Of a stretch of 33,468 nt of DNA, positions 11,001 through 21,410 are shown piece by piece. Source of the DNA: Nemertoderma westbladi (taxonomy: Eukaryota; Animalia; Xenacoelomorpha). Made by a program: the position numbers and the translations under genes. Numbering within the stretch: position 1 is the first letter of the stretch; each line of letters begins with the position of its first letter. The notes under the pieces are model-generated. The model did not search any database. It was not told the DNA's origin and saw only the letters and a program-made list of their open reading frames with translations. The stretch lies in the NCBI GenBank assembly GCA_032718475.1, contig JAUCBJ010007845.1, positions 1-33,468 of the forward strand, written 5' to 3'.

Positions 11001-12976
11001 CAGGCGTTTGAAGGGCTCGAGATTATCCCAAAAGCTTGGATGGTCATCCAGTACTCCACCGGTTTCTGGTTGAGGTCTCCTTCAGGCCACCACAGAAATC
11101 GTAGGCTATCTCGATCCCTATCCAGCACTTTGACTTGTAAGAACATGCCTTCTATATCTGAGGCGAAAGCAATTGAATATTGTCTTAATCTTAAAAGTAT
11201 TCCCAACAATGATTGGAGTAAGTTGGGTCTGGGTAACAATTCGGAATTAAGGGATTGGCCCATATAGAGGGCGGAGCCGTCAAACACCACTCGTACTTCA
11301 TGGGGTTTACCGGGTTTGGGAACGTAATGGTGAGTTAAATAATACGTTCTCTCAGTTATAGGTGTTTCTTCCGGTACTAGCTCCGCATATCCCTTGCTAA
11401 TAAACTTCTTCAACTGCGTTTGATACATTTCTTTAGCTGAAGAATTTGCCGTAAGGCATCGATGTAGTTGAGCAATTCTTTTCTCCGCCAAGGGTCTGTT
11501 GTTTACGAACTTTGGTTCTCGCTTTCGGAAAGGTAGACCGATCTCATATCTACCTTGATCTTTAAGAAAACGTATAGTTGTCGCTTGGATCTGCTTGGCT
11601 CTTTCTTCCTCTACCGATAGGGCCTTATCGTAGGAGTTGGGCTCTACAGCCTCTTGAGTAAAGAATCGTACGGCATGTTCATCCCGAGTCTTGGCATTAT
11701 AACGTTCAACGACGTCGTTAAGCTCGTCGTTATAGTCATCTCGTTCTGATGGAAGAAGGAGTTGACATAAGTTCACTTGGTTTTGCCAAGTCTCGTTTTC
11801 CTGAAGGAGATCGATTGTATTCTCCTCATCGAAGAGTTGGTGTATATCGTCGTTGTCTGAGGAGTACGGAGTTCCCTCAGTTGGATCGTCTAACTCACTG
11901 TTCTCAACTTCCCATTCTCGCACTTGATATACCTGATCTTTCGGTAATCTTTCCATGAGAGTTCTATGGGAAGGGCCAGTAAAGTACCAACCCACTCTAG
12001 TTCTTCCCGCATAAGGTTGTAATGGTTGCGGTTGAGCGGGCCGTTTCTCCAATGTCTCGAGCGCTTCATGCGCGTTTTGACCGATGAGTATTTGCACTCC
12101 AGGGTAATCGGTGTCGAATCTAGGTATTTCCAGTTGCTGGGTGAAATCGTCCTCATCCCAGTTATAAGGTTCCACTTGGGTGGTAGCGAAGTTCTTTATC
12201 GCCACCATTTTTACTGACCTTATACTATGTTCTCCTAGTTCATCCTGGGGGGTGGACAACGCACCTACATAATAATCCGCTATTACTGTAGATTTCCAAA
12301 CCTGCATAATTCCTGACATGTTTAGCTTAGTTCGGAACTTTGGTTGTCCAGCAAAGATGTCTTCGGCTAGTTCTTTGTCGATGAATGTTCCTGTACTACC
12401 GGAGTCAAGGAGGGCGTTCACTACATAACTCCTTTTAGGTCCGTGGACCCTTACCTGTACTACAGGAAATTCTCGGATTCCTACATTAGAAGTTGGCGCT
12501 TTCCAAGATGGTTGTCGATCAGAAGTAGTTAGAGTGAGGTCGCTGTCTGTATCTTTTTCATACATGAGTGCTCGATACACTGCGGTATTTATCATGTAAC
12601 AGGATTCGTTTTCATCGGAGAACTCGTCCGTATAGAATCCTTCCATCTCAGATTGATCAGTGTCGTTCACATCACTGAATTGGACATGTAGTTCGGAATC
12701 ACTTACCTGACTCGGACTATTTCGCTCGAATTCAGTGTGCAACAAGATATGATGTTTCGCACCGCACTTTGCACACCTTGTGTCGGAGTAACAGGTTCGC
12801 CGTTGGTGTCCTTGTCTGAGGCAATTATAACACAACCGCTTATCCCACATGACTTCCCGTCTCTCCGTTAATGATTTCTTCAGGAATTCATCACACATAT
12901 TCAAGCGGTGGGTCCCGTCACATAGCGCACATTTCGGTTTGATGTTACTTACCTTATTTTGAATAACATTGTGCAC
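8036..12976 (-). CDS. pol: Uninterrupted 1646-codon nucleocapsid-pol portion (zinc knuckles, protease, RT, RNase H, integrase)
   Basis: Zinc knuckles CALCDGTHRLNMC, CYNCLRQGHQRRTC and CAKCGAKHHILLH; protease ALLDSGS; RT SDIEGMFLQV and YMDD; RNase H LHVFGDAS, PRAELKAA and YWTDALLVL; integrase HSKLYH..CIPC, VDLFGP, RSDKGTNF and APWWGGSWERLIRSVK. Confidence 0.93.
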   Translation of the reverse strand: MHNVIQNKVSNIKPKCALCDGTHRLNMCDEFLKKSLTERREVMWDKRLCYNCLRQGHQRRTCYSDTRCAKCGAKHHILLHTEFERNSPSQVSDSELHVQFSDVNDTDQSEMEGFYTDEFSDENESCYMINTAVYRALMYEKDTDSDLTLTTSDRQPSWKAPTSNVGIREFPVVQVRVHGPKRSYVVNALLDSGSTGTFIDKELAEDIFAGQPKFRTKLNMSGIMQVWKSTVIADYYVGALSTPQDELGEHSIRSVKMVAIKNFATTQVEPYNWDEDDFTQQLEIPRFDTDYPGVQILIGQNAHEALETLEKRPAQPQPLQPYAGRTRVGWYFTGPSHRTLMERLPKDQVYQVREWEVENSELDDPTEGTPYSSDNDDIHQLFDEENTIDLLQENETWQNQVNLCQLLLPSERDDYNDELNDVVERYNAKTRDEHAVRFFTQEAVEPNSYDKALSVEEERAKQIQATTIRFLKDQGRYEIGLPFRKREPKFVNNRPLAEKRIAQLHRCLTANSSAKEMYQTQLKKFISKGYAELVPEETPITERTYYLTHHYVPKPGKPHEVRVVFDGSALYMGQSLNSELLPRPNLLQSLLGILLRLRQYSIAFASDIEGMFLQVKVLDRDRDSLRFLWWPEGDLNQKPVEYWMTIQAFGIISSPSNACSVVRTTADDNRDAFSKEVIDNIKRDIYMDDNLKSLPSVEEAIEVAKGTVECLKRGGFRLTKFTSNSREFLESIPVEDRGAKDLNLIKDDLPETKTLGLKWDTERDILFFQLKQRDNPVRTKRICLSILSTYFDPLGFISPVILIARSLVQQMWLENHSWDDPLKGELLKKWMKWEDSLPAIENFIISRSYFGHVLPTYSYQLHVFGDASDMGIGIVAYLRVETPDGIKVALVTSKALINNKLKVPRAELKAALYATAIGRNVTEQIDYPLEKTVYWTDALLVLEYITNEVCQFSVFVTNRVAIILSRTTMDQWRHCPGTINPADIASRGATPQELVDTPDWLGGPDFLYKEEEEWPPHLTTAEIRQAKGAEKVKPKTRASKSKLFKPMVDLSVLHISGDDVLDKKPTATNKRVVEIREKDWKSGIPDVSQGLSPLLQRAIHHYSSWNRLCKAVTYLKRCFHHHYSGMKAKGDTSPITSVQVHVIKDLPKYKIPDRFLKEKISYQEHDETNKQMLRLLQCYEDSDKYFLLLRNPQMRLRDRFSSTMIDGLIRVGGRLTNAPLSFDTKFPILIRNLEIQVKMIVDVHSKLYHAVRERVLSEIRTRYYFYKPRRALNQVLRNCIPCRKAFSRPLTQREAELPRERVSFYEPPFTNTSVDLFGPIEVYRARTIVKRWCVIFVCMTCRAIHLDMVNDLSTNSFLLSLRRQIARFGTSNTMRSDKGTNFIGANNEIKAYVKDWNQRQVDDQLRVTASSWTFNAADAPWWGGSWERLIRSVKTAFHFIVPCRAYLTDELLRTLMEEIAAYLNERPLMPVSSSPDSLEALTPAHFLLKKPVAMLPQSEITDGDEYCRQTWQLMQLLSRRFADHFEKHYLPTLQLRTKWFAQLENVSAGDMVLIVDVDLPRKRWQTGRIIETHISDDGLVRSVELVVMRRNFKKPGIVFETQQLNRPVGRLCLLERDRELSGNYGRQDTLPTTTSLIQQTSRDSPA

Positions 12977-14836
12977 ACTCGTTCATTCTTCGGGCTTTCT
13001 CACCTGAATTCTCTTGGGAGACGTAGGAGGATTTTTTCTTACCTGTTCTCTCCTGTCATTGGTTCGAGACTTGAATTTACTTACCTGATCTTTAGGCATT
13101 TTATTGACATAATAAGATCTTTCAGTGTCTTTCCCGCTATCCTCTCCTTGAGAAGTCTGGCTTTCGCCGTCGTCTGTATAACACACTGGTGTTACCTTTC
13201 TCCTAGAGACGGGTTTCTCACTTACCTTGTTTTCCGGTGTCTTTTCTCTGGACTGCTTTATGAGCTGTAGTTTCACTTCGCCATCCAAGAATGACATGAG
13301 ATCAGCCATGGTAGGGTCTCATTGTTGTTGTTCCATCATATATAACACTTTCTTGTCCCAGCGTGTACCTACTCCGCCCTTCGGTAAAGTAGAAGCCACT
13401 GCCCTAATAACCATAGCACTCTGATACTCATGAGACTTACCTAGGCAATCTAATTGTCGGCAGATCTCCTGAATCTCATCGGAAAACTCTATAATCCCGC
13501 TGCTAATAAACTTTCGGGGCGCTACCAACTTTGCATACAAATACCCAGCTATGTTATTCCTATTACCATACCTGATGTTTAGTGTATCCCAAACTTGCCT
13601 TAATCCGTCTGGATGTCCAATAAACTTTAACGCCATTAACTTGGGAGATCCTTCCAAGCACTCGATGAGGAATCTAAGTTTCTCTCCATTAGATAGTACA
13701 GAGTTCTGTATGTTATCTTTGTAATATTCATTAAAAGGTAACCATTTCATCTCATCTCCATTGAACTTGACGATCTCTCCCACCTTTACCGCTTGCCGGG
13801 CTTCGGTTCTAGCCATTTGATGCGTAAAACTTTCTTGGGCCATCGTGTTATTTAATATCGAGTTATCGGTATATAAATTTCTCGGATTATGATCAGGTCT
13901 ATAGGGAATATCATTATCAACAGGTCGATAATTACCCTTAATAGGGTTCACTATAGGAGTTTCTACTTCGCTAGCAGTATATATGCGTGTAGGCTCCACA
14001 CCTTGCGCATGAGATACTTCAGACCTAACAGGTTGACACATTGTTACCGGGGGTGGTGGTATACCCTTTTGTAAATTTGCCAATTTATCGCGTTCTAGCG
14101 CGATACTTTGCTGCACTTCTTGCAACTCTAACCTACTTTCCTTTACGGTTCCCTTTAACTGTTGAACAGTCCCTTCTAACTCTCGGACCTGTAGGGAGGA
14201 TCGCACTCGATTCTCCTTCATCTCTCCGAGGAGAATATCCATCCCCCGCCGTCTCTCGTCTACCCAATCAACCGCAGAAGCGGGATCCGCCAACGTCGTA
14301 GCGGGCAGACGAGGGACTACGGGCTATATATCCTTTATATTTCGCTCGGAGTCCAGGACCGACACTGTTTCGGGGGCTGTTCCTCTAGGCACAGGTAATT
14401 TGGTGCTGTGTAAAGGGAATTTAAAGGTGGGTTCTGGGAGCACAGGTGTCTCTATCACCAAAGGGGTGATTTCAAGAACAGGCCTAATTATTTCAGGCTC
14501 ATCTACTATAGTAGGGAGTCTTTCTATTTCAATTATTTGTTCTGTGGGTTCTGTACTACCTAAGTTTGTGTTATTTAGTTGTTTTCTAACAGCTGGGGGC
14601 AAATCAGGCAGTTTCTGGCGGTGGGATATTCTTCTACGTCTGCTTAGACGAGATCTATTTCCTCCGCCTTCAGCATCGGTGGTATCGCCTTCCTCAGATG
14701 ATGTATATCCCTGTCTTTTGGGAGTAGATCGATTCATCATCTGCATATTACTAGCTGTTAATTGTTTATTGATGTTGTCTTGCCTCTCTTGAAGATTTTC
14801 CAACTCTAGTTGGGTGGTCTCTTCAGCCGCTCTCCG

Positions 14837-14947
14837 TTCTGCTTCTGCCGCTGCAGCTGCCAAAGCCGCTTTGCTTTCTGCCTCTGCCACTGCAGCTGCC
14901 AAAGACGCTTTTCTTTCTGCCTCTGCCACTGCAGCTGCCAAGGCCAC
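14837..14947 (-). repeat. 39-bp in-frame tandem repeat (3 copies) encoding ALAAAVAEAERK-like helical units in the Gag N-terminal extension
   Basis: ttctgcctctgccactgcagctgccaa recurs at a 39-bp period. Confidence 0.85.
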
Positions 14948-17469
14948 TTTCTTTCTGTCTTCTATCCGTTTTTTCTTTACTTGTTCTTCTTGGACTCTAG
15001 CGATGCGGAGTTGTTAATCAAATTTAGCTTGGTTCGCAGCTATCCTATCCACATCAATGGCGTCCAACACACGCTGGGCTCCTTCACTATTAGGGCTAAG
15101 CCCCTCTAGTCTTCTCCTCAACTCTTCATCTCCTACAAAACGTTGATAGTCCGACAGATAGATGTCAATGGCATCCCTCTTATGCGGCTTCTCTGCCGTC
15201 GCTTCACTCTCCACTTGGGAAAAGGTAGCGTCTGTGGATTCCCCAAGTGTTGAGCGCTCATCTAACTGCGATTTCCACGGGGCAGCTCTTTGAACTTGGA
15301 GACTCACCCGTTGAAACCAAGTCTTTACGGCAACTTGCAACGACGTGTCTTGTTTTCTTTTAGAAGCCTCCTCAAAGGCCGATAAGATTAGCCTGATTCG
15401 TAGAATTCTTTCTCTAACTTGATAAAGCAGCTGTCCCTGCTCTTGAGGTCCTTGTGGTTGTTGAAACAGTTGTTTTTCTAATCGCTCAATGGAGCTGAAG
15501 AATCCCTGTACGTATCCGGCTGCTGACCTCTTCCACACAGCTGGATCGATGGTTTCCTTGGTTACTCCCATCCTGTGTATATCTTCCCAGACAGCTTCTG
15601 ATAAATCAAACGGGAGTCCGGGTCCGGGGAAGTTCCATTGCGACTCAACAATAGACTTCAGTTCTTCCCTTGTGTATCCCGCATAACTATCTTTAGTCGA
15701 TTGCTTACTTCTCGCCCAATCGATCTGGTGTTCTTCCACCGCAATCAATAACCTAGTGAGTACGGCTGCAGGAAGGATGAGAAGGGGATCCGAATAAACC
15801 GCATCCGTCATCTTTGCCCCGCGCTCGGGTGTCAGCTCTACAGTATCCTCACTACTGGAGCTGTCGGGCCATTGAGAAATAAGTTCTTGGCTCGCGGGTT
15901 GTTGTTCCGCTGCTTCTTGGTCCCGCTTGACCTGAGCTCGAGTGCCTATGATAGACCTACGGTGTTGGATTAGCCTAGGGTCTGATATTACTACAGGAGG
16001 GATGACCTTCCTCACAGTAGGAGGCGATCTGAACTTAGGTCTAGACGGTTCTACATCCCTATCTGAGTCGCAGATAGTTACATCTAATAAACTGTCTGAC
16101 AGGTTCTGCTTAGTATCAGACATGTTTGTTTGCACAGTTGAATGCTTACTGCTATATTACAGTCTAAGCAAGTCTAGTAATTCAGTATTAACTGTTAGCC
16201 TAGTAATTAATTACCGATACTGCTACTCAGTGTAGCGTGATATATATATAATATGATATATTATAATACCGGTATGCTTGTAGTATATATAAATTTTATT
16301 ACAGACTAGGTTTGTCGCAGAATACCGGTATATAATTTTAGCACAAATATATATAAATATATAATAGGCCTATCGTGAATACCGGTATACAGGCCTACAC
16401 TTATAGTATATATAAGTATAATTCTGGACTAGAATTAATTACAGAATACCGGTATAATTTCAGCCTAAATTTATAGAAATAAAGATAATAGGCCTATCGT
16501 AAATACCGGTATATCAATTATTTAAATAATTGAATTTCTGAATTTTAAGGGTTACTTGGTTACTTTAACTTACTTTATTACCGTTATTTAAGCAGTAGTC
16601 CAACTGATATTGAGACCTAATTGTTGTATGGCAGGCCTACTATTTATAAATCGTTTGAGTTGATTTATAATATATATACCCTTATAATGGGTTTTGTCAA
16701 TATTTGAAATAAATGTTATTATTTCTGGGGAGTCACTACACAGAAGCTGTGCGCTCTCAGTGAAGTGCTACTTGTTGGACACTAAAACAAATAATTCTAA
16801 TTTACCTAAGTTACTTAATACTACAAATTACGTACAATTCGGGTTGAGATTACAATCTCTAAATAAACACAAAAATTTAATTACAAATACACAAATACGA
16901 AATTTTAGGGTAATTTTACAAGAAGTCTACAAACCAGCCTAACAAAGGGTTAGAATATCTGGTTATTACAACGGACAGGGTACTACGGTATTTGAAAATA
17001 ATAAGTAGTAGTAAATATACTGCGTTGTCCAGATAGGAAAATACCACCGTCTGACGACCTATAGCCGTATCGCTATAGGTACTACGTTATGTATCACGGA
17101 GTGTTCCTACCCAGAAGTTAATTACCGCGGTCTACCAGAACCAACGTGCCTATTAACCACTTTACAACACAAATATACTGCCTACACGCTAATTACCTTC
17201 GGAAAGCACTGTACACTAAACCCTAAATTAGGTACAAGTACTTGTACAACAAATAATTAGTAGTTAAAAATACTTGAACAGCTAAAAGAACCACGGTATC
17301 TGCCGGAGTGACCAAAGCATAAAATCTCCAGTCTTTACCTACGCCGAGCAGCCCTGATGTAGTACCGGGGTTAGTTTAACTATTACGGTATGTATAACAA
17401 GCACAATTACTGAAGGAATAAACTTGGGGATATGAATGTTGCGAATAATCGCATAAACTCTGAATAATA

Positions 17470-18041
17470 AATATTACGCTACGCGTACAAACTACTCAAA
17501 CAAAATGCAGACTAAATACTGACAGACTACTATCAAGCCTAAACAAACTACGGTATGTGCAGACTCCGAAATGGTTAGTTAGTATGCGTTCTAACCTAGT
17601 AGTACGACTTATTCTTTCACAGGGGGTTTACCTCACAGCACTGGAAGCCCCTACGTTCCCAACTGGCACTTTATCGGACATACACTCCACACACACCGAA
17701 ACTTCTTCAGACCTAGCAACAGCCAGACAACTATCCAGCCTACAAATTATCTAAATAAGAATTATACGCTACCTGTACAGACTACACAAACAAAATACAG
17801 ACCAAACGATGGCAGACTACTATCAAGCCTAAATAAACTACAGTATATGCAGACTCCGAAATGATTAGTTAGTATGCGTTCTAACCTAGTAGTACGACTT
17901 ATTCTTTCACAGGGGGTTTACCTCACAGCGTTTGAAGCCCCTACGTTCCTAACTATCACTTTATCGGACAGATGCTCTACACACACTGCAATCCGTTCAG
18001 ACTTAACAACAGTTAGACAACAGTCAAGCCTACAAATTATC
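17470..18041. repeat. 290-bp tandem duplication in the 2.2-kb 5' leader of the BEL element
   Basis: tatcaagcct at 17531 and 17821; long identical block ttagttagtatgcgttctaacctagtagtacgacttattctttcacagggggtttacctcacagc. Confidence 0.9.
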
Positions 18042-18312
18042 TGTACAATCTGAGCAGGCTTACACGCCTTCTGCTCAATACTGGCCTACAAATAAACAAA
18101 ACTTGACAGAAATAAGTAAGCTCCAAAAGAAACAAGGGGTGTACAGTCCCTAATCTCTTAAACAGCCTACCGGTATACAATTTCACAATCGAATAATACT
18201 GCTGTACCTGTACTGCTGTAAGTACCGGTCCGGGTGATCAGGCAGTCAGGCCTACAGGTTTCCGGTCGACCGGTACTTTCGACTTGATTGCTTACGCCGC
18301 AATCCAGAAGCA

Positions 18313-18323
18313 ATATCTGTTAT
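18313..18323 (-). promoter_or_regulatory. Candidate self-priming primer-binding site (ATAACAGATAT on the minus strand)
   Basis: It abuts the 5' LTR, lacks the TGG of a tRNA PBS, and is the exact inverted repeat of LTR positions 19040-19050. The same arrangement is present in the second element (163-174 vs 916-927). Confidence 0.75.
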
Positions 18324-19485
18324 TGTTTGCGCTTTTAAGACCTTTGACAGTTTAACCTGCCAAATTGGGATGTCTTTTAGATGATAGATAGTCTTTAGCC
18401 TATGACGAGTATTTGATACACTACATTAGCCGAAGCCAGTCTATGCGCAACCATTCACCCGCTGGATATACCCGGGAGACTGGATTCGGAAGCTTAACTT
18501 GATTGAGGTGTAAGCCTACTGTATTATTCGACTGATCGTAATATATAATCTCTGACAAATATTATTCACTTTCGGGAAATATTAACAGTTCCTTTAGGAC
18601 ATGGCGCTCTAAATATGTAAACAGAGTTATGACTTAAACTAGACACAACGAACTGGCTATAGATTCACGTATATGGCGCATTCTTTAGGAAATGCTTTGT
18701 TATCAGTTACAATCATACACAATGCTGCACAATACTGCACACTAATCTACCGACCTTCACTAATTTTAGTCACATATAAAGAGAGCAACAGACAATCTAT
18801 GTCGGGCCTATGAAATAGCATTAGATTCACTTCAAACCACTTAATGTAAGTCGCAATCGTTATATGTATCCGGTCTCTCTAACCTTTAGTATATCAAGAA
18901 GATTGGGGTGTCTGATTTTTGATCAGTATTCCGATATAATATTTCATCAACAAATATAATGAATAACCGACAGCAAAGCAGTAATGTTAAGTAAGATATG
19001 TATGATATGTTAAGGTAAGAGTTGAGTTGTTTTGGTTTGATAACAGATATACGTTCTATAATTAAGCCTACTAATGTTAAGCTAAAGACTGAAACACGGA
19101 GGTGCCAAAAGCCGGTGTTCTTAGGCTCTGGGCAAAAACATATACACTGAATTCATGAGTTTCTGTATCCAACCTCCAACACAGAGTCAAAAAACGCTCT
19201 GATTGGTCGACCGAACAAAGAGAGAACAAAGAACAAAGAAATGTTCGACGTGGCAATATCAGCTGTTAGCCGTCGTCATGGTAGCCACACTGTTTTCAAG
19301 AGTATCCGGCTTATTGCGTCACAAAATTGCGGATTATATCCGCTAAAGTACACCTACAGAAGAAATTACTCTTATGTCCTCTAAAACACCAGTACAGTAA
19401 GGACACGGCCTTTTTATGCCCAGTAAACCAACTACAGAGTACTTTACGGGGAAAATAACCGGCTAGTTACGCAAAAGCCTTTACA
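18324..19485 (-). repeat. 5' LTR
   Basis: 1162-bp direct repeat of 3631-4792 with TG...CA termini. It contains CCAATCAGAG on the minus strand (about 19197-19206), conserved in the diverged LTR. Confidence 0.95.
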
Positions 19486-19855
19486 TACAGTAAATACATA
19501 GTAAAGGAGCTGGTTACAGATTGAAACAGTTGAAACGAATCAAAACAATAAACGAGAGTTAGTAATATTGTAGAATAGAAAATAAAATTTAATTGAGAAT
19601 CAAAATCGACCTACTGGAACTCTGAAAAGCCTGGAGGCCCCGAAACAGGATAGTTGTAGGCCTACTGTACTGTTGTATAATTATTTTCTAGTTTATGTTT
19701 TTCATGCTGTATAAATAAAATGGACTGTTCTACAGTACAACAATGATACCAAATACCGTTAAGTACTGATGGCCTTAGAGTACAGCAGTAGAGATACCGG
19801 TTCCCTGGAAACAAAATAAAAAAACTGACAAAAACGTAAAAACACCACAATCTTC

Positions 19856-20304
19856 TACGGTGGTGATTTTGGGCCACTTTGTTCTTTTTTCAAAGGTTCG
19901 TGAGTTTTTCCTTTCCAGTTTTCTGCAAATATGAAAAGCAAAAAGTTTATTAGTGGTTTTTACTTTCTCCTTTTTAGACAGTTAGAAATGTGTAAAGCAA
20001 AAAGTTTACTTAGATATATTATAGTTTTTGCTTTCTCGTTTTCAGAAATATGAAAAACAAAATGTTTATTACCGGTATTTATTAGCGCCCAGCTGACCTA
20101 CATACTGTCCTATAGCAATGGGTCTAGCCTATTAAAATATTACACATTTCTGAACAGAATAATACACTTTTGCTTTACATATTTCAGAAAAGGAGAAAGC
20201 AAAAGCTAATAATTAACATTTTGCTTTTCGTATCTGCTGATCTGCGTTAAACTGTAAAGCAAAAACTCAATGAAAGAACGAAGTGGCCCAAAATCACCAC
20301 CGAA
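19856..20304. mobile_element. Non-autonomous IS3EU-like element (MITE)
   Basis: TIRs TACGGTGGTGATTTTGGGCCACTTTGTTCTTT / AAAGAACGAAGTGGCCCAAAATCACCACCGAA and 6-bp TSD ATCTTC (19850-55, 20305-10). TAYGG termini with a 6-bp TSD are typical of IS3EU. Confidence 0.75.
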
Positions 20305-20336
20305 ATCTTCTTAGCAGCTCAGTCTATTCCTTCCTG

Positions 20337-21264
20337 CCCAGTGAAAAATGCGCATGCGTATCGCAAGTGATTTTAAAGCGTCATGCGTTTTTATTGCGGC
20401 TCAATAAATAGCGATAAAACTCTTGTGATTCGCATGTGATTCACATGTAAAATAGGGAAGCGATTCCACGCATGCGATTCACAACTTATTTTACGCATGT
20501 GATTCCGTGCATGAAAATCGCATGCGAATCACACCTCATTTAACGCTTATTTTACGCATGTTTTACACCATGAGAATCTCATGCGTTTATTCCCATGTGA
20601 ATCGCATGGTTTTAATTACACTCAAGATTATTAATTAAAATAAAGTTGCCTATCAAGAAATAAATAGTTTTAAAATATAAAATTGATGAATATGAATTAT
20701 CTAATATGGCTGTCGAATTCAGTGATTATATTAATATATTTTATAGAATTGAAAATTATAGGGAATAGTTAAAAGTGTATCATGGTTATTCTAATCTATT
20801 TGTATTATCCTTTATATTAACAACCATTTCTAGTATTGATTCATACCGTATGTCTAATATTATATGTCTAGAGAGTGTAATGTAATGTAATGTAAGGTAC
20901 TGTAAGTACAGTAGGCAGATGATATGGAAGCCAATAGTATCAAACAGTAGTGGAATAATCAACTACTGTATCATATTTTCTGTCACAAAGTTCTCAATAT
21001 ATTACACAAAATTCACAACCAGTAGATTTCTGTGATATTTATGCGTCATCACGCTTGAAAGTCGCAAGTGAATCGCATGTGTGTTTGATGCGACTGAACG
21101 CAAGTTGTTGCGATATTTATGTGACTTAACGCAAGTTGTTGCGATATCTATGCGGCTTAACGCAAGTAGGTCGCTTGCGTAAAGGTCGGGCCATAACTCT
21201 TGGGAATCACATGAGATACGCCTGCGTTGCACGCTTGCGATACGCTTGCGCACTTTTCACTGGG
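20337..21264. mobile_element. Non-autonomous EnSpm/CACTA (CMC)-like element
   Basis: TIR CCCAGTGAAAA(A/G)TGCGCA(T/A)GCGTATCGCAAG at both ends, 2-bp TSD TG, and many subterminal cgcatg/cgcaag motifs. Confidence 0.8.
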
Positions 21265-21265
21265 T

Positions 21266-21410
21266 GTATTCAATGATACAGATTTGAATTTACCGCCAAA
21301 ATATAGGTGCCAGATCTGATCTGCCACCCTTTCCAGTACAAATTATATGTGTTTCAATCATTTAGAATTTCCTGGGCTATGGGACAGGGTGGCACCTTTT
21401 AGGGACTTTG
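21266..21410. mobile_element. Orphan terminal arm of the same foldback family as 21876-22885
   Basis: Matches 22766-22885 directly and 21876-22023 inverted (agatttgaatttaccgccaaaatata, cagggtggcaccttttagggac). Confidence 0.75.

Larger units (their letters stand above)
8036..16123 (-). pseudogene. BEL/Pao gag-pol polyprotein, one frame of about 2695 codons interrupted by four in-frame stops
   Basis: ORFs 15014..16135, 14324..14947, 13319..14293, 12983..13309 and 8036..12976 are all in the same frame. They are separated only by single stops: TAA 15014-16, TAG 14324-26, TGA 13319-21, TGA 12983-85. The first ATG is at 16123. The BEL Gag core (KFNGDEMKWLPF..LSNGEKLRFLIECLEG..WDTLNIRYGN) lies in 13319..14293. 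Confidence 0.9.
3631..19485 (-). mobile_element. Full-length BEL/Pao LTR retrotransposon (15.9 kb)
   Basis: Two 1162-bp TG...CA LTRs, a gag-pol with BEL/Pao domain order (Gag, 3 zinc knuckles, PR, RT, RH, IN) and a purine tract next to the 3' LTR. No target-site duplication is seen (gatcc / tacag). Confidence 0.95.

Noticed and set aside
8409-16235. Numerous short plus-strand and alternate-frame ORFs overlapping gag-pol (likewise over Zator, the LTRs and MITEs)
   Set aside because: Shadow ORFs of long coding frames or repeats, with no motifs.
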